Assembly: GCA_964016885.1 (NCBI GenBank)
Contig: OZ024740.1
Span: forward strand, 124,062,001 to 124,126,000
DNA: 64,000 nucleotides
Direction of reading: 5' to 3'
Origin: Eledone cirrhosa
Taxonomy: Eukaryota
Below the pieces are notes generated by a model, which saw only the letters and a list, made by a program, of their open reading frames with translations, was not told where the DNA came from and searched no databases. The position numbers and the translations under genes are program-made. Positions 36,801 to 50,082 of this stretch are shown piece after piece (position 1 is the stretch's first letter; the number at the start of each line of letters is the position of its first letter).

Positions 36801-37699
36801 AATAGTATTTTGATTGAGTTTTTCCTTGTAAAGGCTCCCACAAAAGAACTTCACTAACAATTTCATCTTTAGCTCTCCAGCAATGCCCTATCGGACATCA
36901 TCAAATTGATGTTAAACGATGATGATGATGAGAAGGAGGATTTAGAATTTCACAGTGATTTAATGAACTATTCAAATCTGGATCTGCTTATCAACTAAAA
37001 CAGCATATAATTTCCGTTTTCAATTTCAGAGAAGTATGTTTGGCTAGATTTATGTGGCATTTTATAGTAGTAGATTAGCAGAATCATTAGAATGCTGGTA
37101 TTTGATCCATTTCTCTATGTTCTGAGGTCAAATCCCATCAATATCAAATTTGCCTTTAATCCTTCCAGGTTTAATAAAATAATGTACCAGTCAAGTAATG
37201 GGGTAGGTATAATTTACTTTCCCTTCCCTCAAATTGATGACCATGTGCCTAAATCAGAACCTAGTATATGGATATTCTAATGATCATGTATTGTTGCTGT
37301 TGAAATGTATTATTAACCTTAGCATCAGAACAAGTTTTGCTAGCTCTCTAAAGTCATTGCTTCCTTTAAATGGCATTGTATATTGTTTTTCGAAAAAAAT
37401 ATAATGCAGAGAAATGACATACTAAATATGTGTAATCCTTTCTGCTAAAAGAAATGACAAGTTGGTTGTATCATATCGGATTAAGGGTTTTGATACCTTT
37501 TAATGGGGTGCTTATGGCTTTTAGTAAACATGTATAATCTTCAAGATGTGGTGCCATATAGAGAACACAAATCTACATGTTTATCGCATTAATGTTGGTA
37601 TTATGAAAAAGGTGTATGGTTAAAATGCTTATGCATAACCTTTTGTTATTATTTAAAATCTCTGTTAACCCTATAATATCTATTGCTAATAATTCACCA

Positions 37700-38390
37700 T
37701 ACTACGGCAAAGCATAAACGAACTAAGGAAAAAATTAGAAATAAGAGGGATCAGATGTTGTTTACTCGAGAGAAGGCTACGTTGGTATGGTCACGTGATG
37801 CGCATGAAAGACGACAGCTGTATAAAAAAGTGCAGGGCAATAAAAATAGATGGTAGCCACGGAGTAGACAGACCCAGAAAAACCTGGGACGACTTGATAA
37901 ATTCCGACCTCACACACTTACACCTCTCCAAGACAATGTCACTGGACCGAGATCTTTGGCGCTACACAGTAATAGAGAAGACCCGCCTTACCTAAGTACA
38001 AAGTGAAACCTACTACAGTCAGTAGGCACCTCTAACAATATACACCCCCGTCCCACTACCCCCACCCCATCCACATCACCCCTTTCAATGTAAAGTTATG
38101 TTGGTACCACAACATTCAGCCCGAAACAAATGAGGTTGTGTAGGTGTCACGACAAAAAACACACAGTCCACGCTGTAATGTGGCCGTGTAGGTAACACGG
38201 TAAAAACCTCCCAGTCTACACTGTAAATGTGGTTGGTGTTAGGAAGGGCATCCAGCCGTAGAAAACCCGCCAGACAGTCCTATGCAAGCAAGACAACCAC
38301 TCTTGCCTCAAGTGGGAAAACTCCCGTCCAAACCCATGCAAGCGTGGAATATGGACGTTAAAAGATGATGATGATGATGATGATGATGAC
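37700..38390 (+). mobile_element. 5'-truncated family A RTE LINE
   Basis: RRLRWYGHVMRMKDDSCIKKCR..RPRKTW, the UTR repeats and a long (GAT)n tail. Confidence 0.9.
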
Positions 38391-41300
38391 TTCATATACT
38401 AACTTCTAATGAGAAAAATAGCAAATTAGAATGCTTGTAGAAAGTCTAAGGAGTCTTTGTTTGAACAAACATTATTTGGTAGTTAGTGCAACTTTTTCTA
38501 CCACACCTTTTAACTTTCCAATAATCGATTTCTTTTCTGACATATTTATAATTTAGTTGCAGTAGGGTTGAGGTGAATCTATTCTGATGTGAGATTGTAT
38601 GCCAAATGTAAATGTAATGAGAAATCAGAGACCACATGGAGATGAGAACCCGTTTCACCTGTAGTGGGTGAGACAATATTTTAACATTAGTACACACTGT
38701 ATAACGGTGCAGAAGCAAACTGAAACAACATAGGTTAGAGGCGACACTTTTGTGTAAAGGGCCTGACAACATCTCTAATGTTTGAGCCAAAATAAAATGC
38801 GCCCTGTACTCTCTGTAAAGTGGTTGGCATTACGAAGGTCCTCTAGGTGTAGCACCCATGCCAAAATATGGAACATATAAGCAAGCCATGGCCTCTCCAT
38901 CCCATCTAGTCTCAAATTGTGACAACCAATTCACTCCATGCAGATATAGAGAGTAAATGTTAAATGATGACGATCATAATGAGTACAACTTGAGAGCTTC
39001 ACTAACAGTTCAGAAATTTTGATTCCTTCTTTCTTAAAACTTTATGTAATTATTAGTGATGCTGTTGTTCAGCAGAAGCTTCTTAAATTATCGCATACAC
39101 TCTCATGGCTATCTGTTGCTGGACCTAACTTTTCTCATTCTTCTTTCCTTGTAGGTTACAATGTTTTATTTTAACAAAAGTTTTGTATTAATGTTACAGT
39201 TTTGCAAGCTTTAACAAAAATCGAAGGGCAGCAATTTGCCACACTCACTAGAAAGTAGTAGAAATTTGTTTCCACTCTCATGAAATTCTGGCATAATCAA
39301 TATTGTCTTTTAGCATTTTATCATTTTTCAGTATTTGTTCCAGTTCTTTGCATTCTGAATTCAAATCTCACTCTGACCTACTTGAACAATACATTTTATC
39401 CATCATCAAGTTTAAAACCGCCACCTGACCCATTGGTGCATTTGGTAGTATCCAAATACAGCAAATATTCAGGCCAGGTCTCTGATACTCTTGATACAAT
39501 AAACTCACTCATTCCCTTCTCCAAATCACAACACAGATTCAGACTATACACAAAAATTACTCAAAATATACATGGCTGCAGCAATTAAAACACTTTTGCC
39601 CCAAACATTCTAACAGCAAGCAGCATCGTGTTTGAATTGATTAAATAAATAAATATATATAACTGAGGACTTATAGTACCTATTGTGAGTACTCTTCAGT
39701 TATGTCAAGGTCATAACGTTTGTATCAAGGACAAGACAATCCTTACCTCGTACTGGTGCATTGATTAAATACACTCAGGAACACTCTAAAGTGATTGGTG
39801 TTAGAAAGTGCTACCAGTCATAGAAATCATGTCAAACAAAGATAGGAGAGAACTCTTCAGTTATATTAAGAACATAACAACCTCCCTAGTGCCTATGCCC
39901 TCAGGAAATCACTCAGTAGGATCTGAAAAATGGTTAGTGATAGGAATGGCATTCAGTTACATAAACCATACCAAAACCAGATCATATATTAGTGAGATGC
40001 AGCAAATTTTCCCTGCACATTTAGGAGGACAGTACTAATTTGTTCAGTGCCAACCCATCCAACTCATGCCAGCATTAAATGATGATGATATTCAACTGAA
40101 ATTTGTTTTAATTAAGTTTCAAACAAGTAAAAAGAGAATAATGTAGCATAGCAAATTCTTTGCACATTTTAGCAGGAGCACTTTGTAAGACATTTTTGCA
40201 AAAGAACGATTTCTGTGTCAGCAAATTTGGTAATATTAGAACATTTCATTATTGGCTACCATGATTATTGATGCTTTGTTTAACACACACCGATATATGT
40301 TCTTAAGGGACATTAGCAATCTAAGACAACCACAGTGTATGTTAACAGTATTGAAAGAATGAAAGTAATATATATATATATGAAAGTTATAATAATTATT
40401 CAAAATGGATGAAAGACAATTAAGCCTTCCGGCATGGTTGAAGGAAGTGTTCACTTATGAGAAACTGAGAAGGACAAATGAATTAGCACAGTACATCATT
40501 TCAAATGAAAAATGAAAGCGAAAAACTTTATTTATTAACCAAATTTGCAGCAAGTGAGAATCTAAAATATAGACTTGAAAGCTTCTGTGCTCCTATTAAT
40601 TAATGATCACCTGAGGAGAAGCAGATTACTGATTATGCAGTTGCTTAAGGCCTATCGAAAATAAGCATGTTGATAGCAGCAGATGGAGTTTAAATTTTAG
40701 ATTCCTTAGAAGATGGCAAAAATACAAGCAGAAATTTTAAATTAAAGACCATGGGTTTATTTTGATTCATCACATTGTGAATTCGAGGAAAACAGAGGCT
40801 GGTTTTATCTTGTCTGTTGCTGATTTTATAAATTCTTTGAACTGATTTAAAGTAGGGTTATTATTATTGAGAATAAAAAGATTAGACTCTTTAGATTGTA
40901 AATTTGATTTCTGCCACTCTTTTAGGTCAGATGATAAAGTTGATTAACATAACAAGGAAAAGACAAAAATTACTTCCTTCAAATAATTTCATTTACATTC
41001 AAAATCAGTAAAATATATTTTATATAGGCTATGGAAATTATCAGAAAGAAGTGTCTGTAGGCTAATAGTAATTTGTATTGTATGGTTTAATATCGTTGAA
41101 GAAAGATATTATAACAAGCTTATTTTCAACTGGGTATGAAGAATTTTGTCCAAGAATAATGTGAATATGGAAGTTCTCTTGAGTCTTAAGTTAGTGATCC
41201 TGATACACATAAGTAAACTTAATGCTAAGTTCTGACTGGGTTGCTACCAAAAGGTTTAAAAGAGTGTATAGGTTTGAATATATTGAAAAGGCCCTTGTAG

Positions 41301-44300
41301 AAAGTAATAAACACACATCATAGTTTATTTCTCACTTTCAACTGGTTCTCAAAATATGCGTAAGGACCATTCAGCCACTACATAGGCACCAGAATTCTCT
41401 TATGATAATGTCAGATGTATTGATGTAGCTTTGCATGATGCCATCCCTGAACACAACTTCCTCCCACTTCTCTGAAAAGACACCTATACAAAATAATGGA
41501 ATATTGACACACACTGACTATGTGGAATGGATAAAGTAACTGCAGAAGAGCATTTCTATAAGCAAGTAAATCAGCTGAGAGAGAGAGAAGCTAACTAATT
41601 TATCATTCTACCATGCCACAATTAAAAGAATTCCCAAAATATTTGAGTCCGAGAATAAAGCCAACTTAAAGTCAATCTTGTGGTTCATATCTTCCCTTCA
41701 GAAAATGGAGTGTTTCTTTTTGTAACAACTATAACATATAATTTGTTTATTTATTCATTCCATACGATAATGACAATTACATTATATGATGACATGATAT
41801 GCATGGGAGGGAGAGAGAGAGAGAGGGGGAGGAAAGAGTCCATTTTGATTCACTGCCCAGTCATGGTCAAGATGGTTGGTGGTAGGTATGCATTTAGATA
41901 TGAACCTATAACTCCTGTTGAAGTCATAAAAGCACATTTATAACAGAGCATACCTTGGGTACTTACACCTGGTAGAAATCATCTCCTTTCCAGGCCTGAA
42001 CACAACAGATTTATTCTGGGAGAAGTGAGAAAGAAACAAAGACCCCAATACTGAACTGGTACTGTTATTTATTAACCTTGAAATGATGACAGTCAAAGTT
42101 GTTCTTGGTGAGCTTTGTACTAAATGAGTGCAGAGAGCTGGAAAGAATATGACCAAGTATTCTATTTTAAATTGAAACTGCCAATATCTGGATATGAACA
42201 CAATGAATAACTAGGACTATTCTAGTGTCTTGTTATGCTTGGAGTCTATTTTCATATCCTTAGATAGGTATGTTCTAACTTATCAGGGCTTTGACACCCA
42301 ATGACTATGGCCACCTGGCTTAGTCCATTTAATAAAGTAATGTGCAGTAGTAGGGCCACTGTTCAGGCAATAGATTTTCGGAGTTAACAATGAGAGTTGA
42401 GGTTCATGTAGAGAGCAAAGGTGAAGGATCGTTTTCCCCTTGAATACATTTTTCCACTGGAATTACTACCACTCTCTGAGTAGACCATACAAAAACTATT
42501 AATATCAAACAGCTTCACTTTGAAAATGCAATTTACTTTCCGTTTAGATAACTGTTCAATGTACACTGGTGTTTCTCTAGCTAAGACTATTCAATTCATC
42601 CTCCATTGCTTCGAAAGAGACAATTTAAAAAAAATTATATCAAGTACAGCTTTCCTACAAAAGAAGCAATCTCATAATAAATAAGGGAAAAGAAAAAAAC
42701 TGTAAAGCATTTAACTGCTACCATTCCCCAGAGAGTGGAGTGACATCTTATTAAGAAACACAAACAAAACAGAATCCCCAAATGAGCAACCAATATACAC
42801 ACAAGTTGGTACCAAGATATGTGATCTAGCAGTTAACTAAGTCAGTTATGCTTTTTTTGCATTCTACTTTTCCATTCACATAGAAGATGTATTCGAGAAA
42901 ACATGCAGACTTTTTTACTTTAATTTTATATCATAATTGAAAAACATTACTGGTTACAAACTTCCAACAGCCCAATCATTAGTTTATAACATTTTTAACA
43001 ACACAACCCTACTTGTATTCATTTTATAGATAGATGTTTTTGCAACAAGGATGTTGTTATCACTTTGTTAGTTATTTGTTCGTTACATCCAATATTCTTT
43101 TATGTTTATGAAAAGTATACACACACAATATATGTGTATAACATCATCATCATTATCTTCATATACACATATATATATATATTTATACATATATATAAAT
43201 ACATAAATATACATACATATATATAAATACATGTATATATATATATACACAGATACATTTCTCAATTCTATATATCTAAATTTTTAAGATGTGTTGTTAT
43301 AAAAATGACTTTGAAATTTATGAACTATTGACCTCATCTTTTGTTACTTTTTTCAGACAATACACTTAATTAAACTGATTCATTCACTGGTTGGTTACAG
43401 GTGTTGTATTATATATATATGTATATTTCAACCTATCCTTAAGCTGCGTTTTAACTCAAAATTTCAATAGTCAGAAACACTCCACCATAGTTATGTATGA
43501 ATTTAGAAATGAATAGATGTTTTCCTCATAGCTACAAATAAATACTAGCTAATTAGGGAGAACTGTAGAGTTTCAATATCAAAGTGACTGATGCATTTTA
43601 AGTTTTCATAACACCACACATGTATTGTAACAATCTATTCTGCAAGGCACTACACAACACTACATTATTCATCAACGTATGACAATACATAATCGAAAAC
43701 AATACTTTAAGTAACAAATTCACTGAAATGTGTTAAGTAACTTGGCAATACTCTCACATCTTCTCAGTTGCATGTATCTAGGATGCACTTTTAAATTTTG
43801 TTTTTAAACTGTATCAATATCTATCCCTTATTTTTCTTTATCTTATAAATGCATATAGCATCATTTTTAATACGTAAATAATGGACCTGATTGCTAAGAA
43901 CTGTGTTGTGTAAACCTTCACCAGTTTCAATGTTCCAGCTACTTGATCCACAAAACAGGTAGCGCATGCAATTAATGTAAATGGCTGAGCATTCCATAGA
44001 CAGGTGTATTTTTATGTACTTTTCAGGAAGATTCAGCATGATACAGTGTATGTGAAATAGATGACCCTTTGAATTACAAGTACAACTCATTATTTTCAGC
44101 TAAGTGGAATGAGCAATGTGAAATAACTTGTCTTGCTCAAAGGCAAAATGCTTCATTGGGAATCAAACTTACAACCATAAGATCATGAGCCAAACACATT
44201 AACCACTAAGCAATGCACCTTCATGCTGAGTAAATTACATACCTATTCAATAACCTAACCTTCACAACAGTCCACACTTCCTGAACCATCTAGTACTTCA

Positions 44301-44589
44301 AATTATTTGATTGGTCAAAGCTCAACAAAGTCCATGCTGACTATTCTTGGCAACAAATTTATTTTGTGTCTAATTTATTCAAGGAAAGCTCAATGGGTTA
44401 TTACTTATCATTCTTTTAGCTATGTCCTGCCTCTGTCCTCACATAATAAAATCTCTCAACCACAAATCCTTAAATGATTCACTTGAAAAATGACATCCAA
44501 GGAGCAATGGATACCTTTGTGAACTGAACAACAGGCTAGTTAGTTCTTTTAAACCCCATATTAATTTGTCACTTTCAACCTTGTCACTA

Positions 44590-44840
44590 AAGGAAAAGAA
44601 GATAGTTAAATACCTGGGCCTGAGCGACTGCTTCCTCTTTGTACCAGCCTCAATCAAAATCTCTGGTTTCCTTGGTTTTTGCACTGCTCATTTCTTCTGT
44701 AAAATCAGAATGTCAGCAGCCCACTTGAAGAAGGAGCCTTATAAAGTGGGATGGCTGCTGCATCAGATGTCTCTGATCATTCTCCAAGGTAATGCCTTTG
44801 CCCTTTTGTCCACAGAGCACAGCTGGAACACTGCTTAAAC
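44590..44840 (+). mobile_element. Second CRE-like endonuclease C-terminal remnant
   Basis: FLFVPASIKISGFLG..WLLHQMSLIILQGNAFALL parallels 13440-13790. Confidence 0.6.
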
Positions 44841-45853
44841 TGGGGTGTATTATCTGAAACCCACTCCTTTTCTTTCATTGTTGGATTTGTTTTATCTGAT
44901 TCTTTTCTTAATTTCATTTTAATAGTGTTCTCTTTAACAGTGTGTGTGTGGTTTTTTTTTGTACAAACAGCTTTGTAAAATAAAATTTACACTAATAGAC
45001 ACAGTATATTTGAAGAAATCAACATGAGAATATCGCTAATTGTTTGGTTAAGTTTGGAGAATTGTGGGCATATTTCATTCTAAGGGAATTTTAACTCATA
45101 ATATTCAGAAAAGATGCAGAACAATCAAATATTAAATCCAATTCAACAATTTCAGTTTAATTTAGATGATATTTTGGATTTGAAATATATGTACAAATTT
45201 TAAATCTGAAAAATCCTATGCTATATGTGAGATAAATGATTACATTTTGTTTAAAGTAGACATGTAAATTATACCATTTCATCACACATGCCTCGACATT
45301 TCATTATTTTGTTTATATAAGAAATGGGTGATGGCAACATATTATGAGGGTAAGCTTAACAGCCTATTCAATCAGACTACTTTTTCACAGTAAAGTACAC
45401 CAAACATAAGGTAGAGCCTTAATAATACAAAATATAGTAAAACATATATGATTATATGCAATAATTTTACTGAGAATTCAGAAATATTTATATATGTAAT
45501 CTATTAGCAGAGTAGCTGTGAAAATTGATTTCCTTGGAGAGAGTTATATTGTGGAGCAAGCTCTCCCTTGTACTAAAATGTGAAGGCATGTTTAAGAATA
45601 AACATTTGAAATCACATCTAGCATTGCAAATGTAGAATGACAGTTAGGAATGGAATTTTCAGATAGGAGAACTAATGAATGCTGATGTTTGTACTATGGG
45701 TACAGGCAAACAACTATTTGTTGATATGTATATTTATGTGGGTTTCATTCACATATAAATGATTTATTTAAATATATATTTCTGTGCAACAGAGCTTATT
45801 GATATACTTGTTGATATACAGCTATGTCTGTAAGTAACTGGAACATATGTTTG

Positions 45854-46178
45854 CATGGCCAGATTTAGAGCTAGGGTAGGCCAGGGCACTTCAGGTTTGA
45901 CAAGCCACTCATCAAGAAATTATAATGCACAGCAAATCCCCAGTTTTACATATCAAAGTTGGCTGGTGCAAGTAATTAGAATTGAAAAGTTATACATGAA
46001 GGTATTAAATTCAAAAAGTCTATCCATCCTCATTTTCATCCACTTTCCACACTCTCATGTGTTGAACAGGTTGTCGCAGTGTGAGACAAATAAATTGCTA
46101 CAGCTGTTGCTGGTGGGGCACCCAGCTGCAGGGGCTGGGAGCAATTGCCCCCTTTGGCCCCTATTAAATCAAGCCCTG
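45854..46178. mobile_element. hAT-type MITE (325 bp) with perfect 8-bp TSD
   Basis: TSD TATGTTTG at 45846-45853 and 46179-46186. Imperfect TIRs CATGGCCAGATTTA / TAAATCAAGCCCTG. Confidence 0.8.
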
Positions 46179-46364
46179 TATGTTTGCATACTTTAAAAGC
46201 AGCAAATAATTTGTTATTAATGCATATTTCTTGTAGCATGGTTTTGGATTTCATTACTAATATAATCATCCTTGCACCATTATTGTCTGTTATATAAACC
46301 ATTATTATCTGGGCAATGGATTCATAGAATCCTGAATCATTATACTCCAAGTTCAAATACCTCT

Positions 46365-46720
46365 ACTGTCAAGTTTTGCCTTTCATACTTACCATAACAA
46401 TAAAGCAAGTAATTACCAATAATGCACTGGAGTCAATTTAATCGACTTTCTCTTTCCCTTTAATATGCTGGCCTTGTGCCAAATGTTGAAACAATTATGA
46501 TTATTCTTATAATTTTTATTATTAGGGCGGTGGATTGGCAGTATTGGTAGAGAGTCAGACGCCATGCTTTCCAGCATAGTTACGTCCCTTTACGATCTGA
46601 GTTCAAATCCCGCTGAGGTTAACTTTGCCTTTCATCCGTACAGGGTCGATAAAATAAAGTACCAGTAATGCACTGGGATAATTGCTGGCCTTGTACCAAA
46701 AGTAGAAACAATTATTATAA
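46365..46720 (+). mobile_element. SINE family 1: old partial copy followed by a full copy (46524-46718)
   Basis: A/B boxes and core as in the other copies. An older minus-strand copy lies at ~46975-47110. Confidence 0.8.
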
Positions 46721-48184
46721 GTTTACTTGATTGGCAGAACAGTTAAAGCATTCCAGGACTTTTGCATGCATGCATTGTCCAATAACTCCTGAGAAAATTG
46801 TAGGGGTGCTGTATTGACACACAGCGTTTCTAGGGTATTTTAAAACCTGGCAGAGACCAATCCATTTCCAGTCTGAATACAGCAGATTTCTTCCAGAGAA
46901 AGATAAAGAGGGTTTAGAAAATGGAAGAGAGAAACAGATATAGAGGAAGAATCGACCACAGTACTAGAGGGGAATTTTTTTTATTGACCTCAAATGGATG
47001 AAAGGCAAAGTTGATATGGCGGGATTTGAACTCAGAGAACAGAAAGCCAAAACAAATACTGTAAAACACTATTTCTGACGTTCTAGTGACTCTGCCAATT
47101 TGCCACCTCCATGTATTTTAAGAATTTCAAAAATAATGGGAGAGAGAGATTGAGAGTATGTGTAAAAATAAAATAGTTGACTTTCGAGAATCTTCAATGG
47201 AATTTGATAAAGAAGTTTGCTATAATTTTAATACAGCTCTTTTATATTTAGCATATGAAATTCTCCAACTCAATATGAAAACACTCTACAAATGCCAAAC
47301 AGCTTCACAATGGAGTATTTTCCTGTCCCAATTAACACAACCCCTTCTTAGAATCTATTTTGAAAAACTTCCTTTCCTTGTTAAAGAAACTATTGAAGCA
47401 TAATTTGTACAATCATGGGCAGTAGTTTGTTACAGTTCAGATATTCCATGACTGTAAATATGACTCCTTGTGAGGAGAATTACCACATTCAATAAGTGAA
47501 GGTTTTGTAAGAAAATGTATCATGAAAGTATCAAATGCCAAGGCTACATATTCATAAAGTTATGAAAAGAAAGCACAATCACATTTTAAAGCTGTTTAAA
47601 GATACATATTTAGAAAATATACTGATATTGAACGTAAGTTATGTAAGAAAATATCCTACGCTAAAACTTATATTTCATACAAAATCATAAATTAATGAAT
47701 AGGTTGAGAAAACAGAATTTTATACTGACACTGTAAATATTCTACTTGCATAGGAAAATGAAGTAAATTACATACCTTAATTAAAGTCATCCTTCAATGT
47801 TCTGACAGAAGATAAGACAGGTTAGCTCTAGGAAATAATGTTTTTATAATGAGTGAGGGAGAATACACACTTAGAAGAACAGTCAGTAATGCAGTTGACA
47901 AGTAAGCCATTCTTATCTGAGTGGTGTGAATTGAATTGATGTTATGTAACAATTGGAAAGGTATAACTGTCTCAGCAAATACATCTCTATATAGTGGGTT
48001 GATGCAGAAACATTACATGTGTGAGCATTTATAAATGCTTATATGAGAAGTGTTTATGAAATACCACATGTACAGTGCATATTTATACACAGTTTTGGGT
48101 TCAAAAGTTTGGATTGTGGTAGTAGAGCATGTGGTATACTTTCGTGTGTGCCTATATATTGGGGGTGTAGTTAGGAGAATATTT

Positions 48185-48490
48185 CTGGTGTGTAAAGTGG
48201 TAATGTAGGACCCAGCACACAATGTAAAGTGGTTATATAGGAGTCATAAAAAAAAGCACCTACCACATACTGTAAAGTGGTCGTGTAGGATTCATGAAAA
48301 AAAGCACCCACCACACACTGTAAATGTAGTTGATGTTAGGAAGGGCACTCAACCATAATAAAAAACCTAGACAGAAACAGTTTTATATGAGCAAGACATG
48401 GTCACCTGACCCAACTTGCTTTTAATGGGACAGCCTGTCTAACCCAAGCCACCATGGAAAATGGACATTAAATGATGATGATGATGATGT
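48185..48490 (+). mobile_element. Family A RTE 3' UTR fragment with expanded ~48-bp repeats
   Basis: Repeated tgtaaagtgg..tagga.tcat.aaaaaaagcacc units and a (GAT)n tail. Confidence 0.75.
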
Positions 48491-49657
48491 TGATTATACT
48501 GGTTATGTGTGGGCGCAATGCCAATGATGTAATGAGGTAGTAGTCACTGCAGAGTAATACAGACACTACTTAATATGGCAATTGCAACCTGATGCTATCT
48601 ATTGCCTCCACACCAGTAATTGGTGCAGGCTGGTTGTTATTTTGTTGGGAAGATTAGGATATGTTTTTGAAGGACGAATTTAAATGTTAAATCATGTCTT
48701 GTTTGGCATGTGTCTGGGAATGGAGGTGATTGTAAGATTATGGTTCGCAATTGCTTGAGTTCGTGTATCACTTCAGTTTACATTTGTTTACATTTAAGTT
48801 GAAGCAATTGATGGTCAGAGTTATATTTATTTGAAATGCAGTGTCTATGACATTTAGTAAAGTGATTGAAAGGGACATTAAAAATAAATCCATAAATATA
48901 AGTTACTTGGATAGAAGTATAGCTTGCATACAATAACAAGTTTGAAATGATGATGCTATATTAGCTGTGATATAATTACAGCTTAAAATACTCACAGTAA
49001 GACTCTATTATATATAAACATATTGCATATACATCCCCATATGCCTTTATTCTGAAACATGCTGTGCTACTGCTATTGCTAATTAATACTGGCTGGTCAA
49101 GCTTAGCACTATATGTAAATAAGCTTTCAACAAGAATTGTTTATTAACAAAATCTATTAGAGTTTACTATCTTTCATGCCTTGACATCTGGTCTTAAGTG
49201 GGTACTGTCGAAAGGTACCAGTGGACTACATGTATACAGCACTAAATACATGTTTATCATACATAAATATATTGTTTATGGGTCCATATATATGTTGTTC
49301 TGAATTCTCTTGTGTAAATGCTTTCAGTAATTTACAGCTTGTGATTTCAAATATGTTTCTATTGCCATATCAATGAATTTCGTTATAAAAACAAAACTTG
49401 CTTTGGAAAAATTGTCAGTTGTATTACTTCCAAGTTGAAACTATGTAAAATAACCCTCTCCTAACTTTGGTCTACTAATAATTTGTCTTTTCATCAAACC
49501 TTATCTGTAATTCTTCCTTGTGATAACAATTTTACAGATGAAGCTTTTCATTATCATTTATTCCAACCAAACTCTAAACCTCCCACCACCATCAGTTTTC
49601 ACAAGATTGCTGTCCACAAACAATAGACAACTGTTTAAATTCTGAAACATAATATAA

Positions 49658-49724
<67 letters not shown>

Positions 49725-50040
49725 TACATATCACATATATATGAGGTTTAGTAGGTGAGCAAATTTATATTCAGAAAGACAGTTAATCCAATTTAAACTA
49801 AGACAGACACAAATATAGTCAAGACAAATTTTATTTGCTCACCTATAAAAAAGTAAAATGCAAATAGCTAAATGAATAAAATATTATCAAATCTGATACA
49901 CATATGGTTTGAAATTACTACCATCATCATTAGTTGTGGTAGTAGTAGTGGTAGTAGTTTTTCACAATTCACATCACTAAAACTAGATTTTATTTTTCAT
50001 TGATTTTTAAAAGACATTTATTTCTCACCCTGAAAATTCA

Positions 50041-50082
<42 letters not shown>

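Noticed and set aside
34600-44400. Search for host gene exons in the less repetitive AT-rich stretch
   Set aside because: No ORF with recognisable motifs. 41940-42300 looks like a decayed RT fragment (LLFINLE). Short exons cannot be excluded without transcripts.
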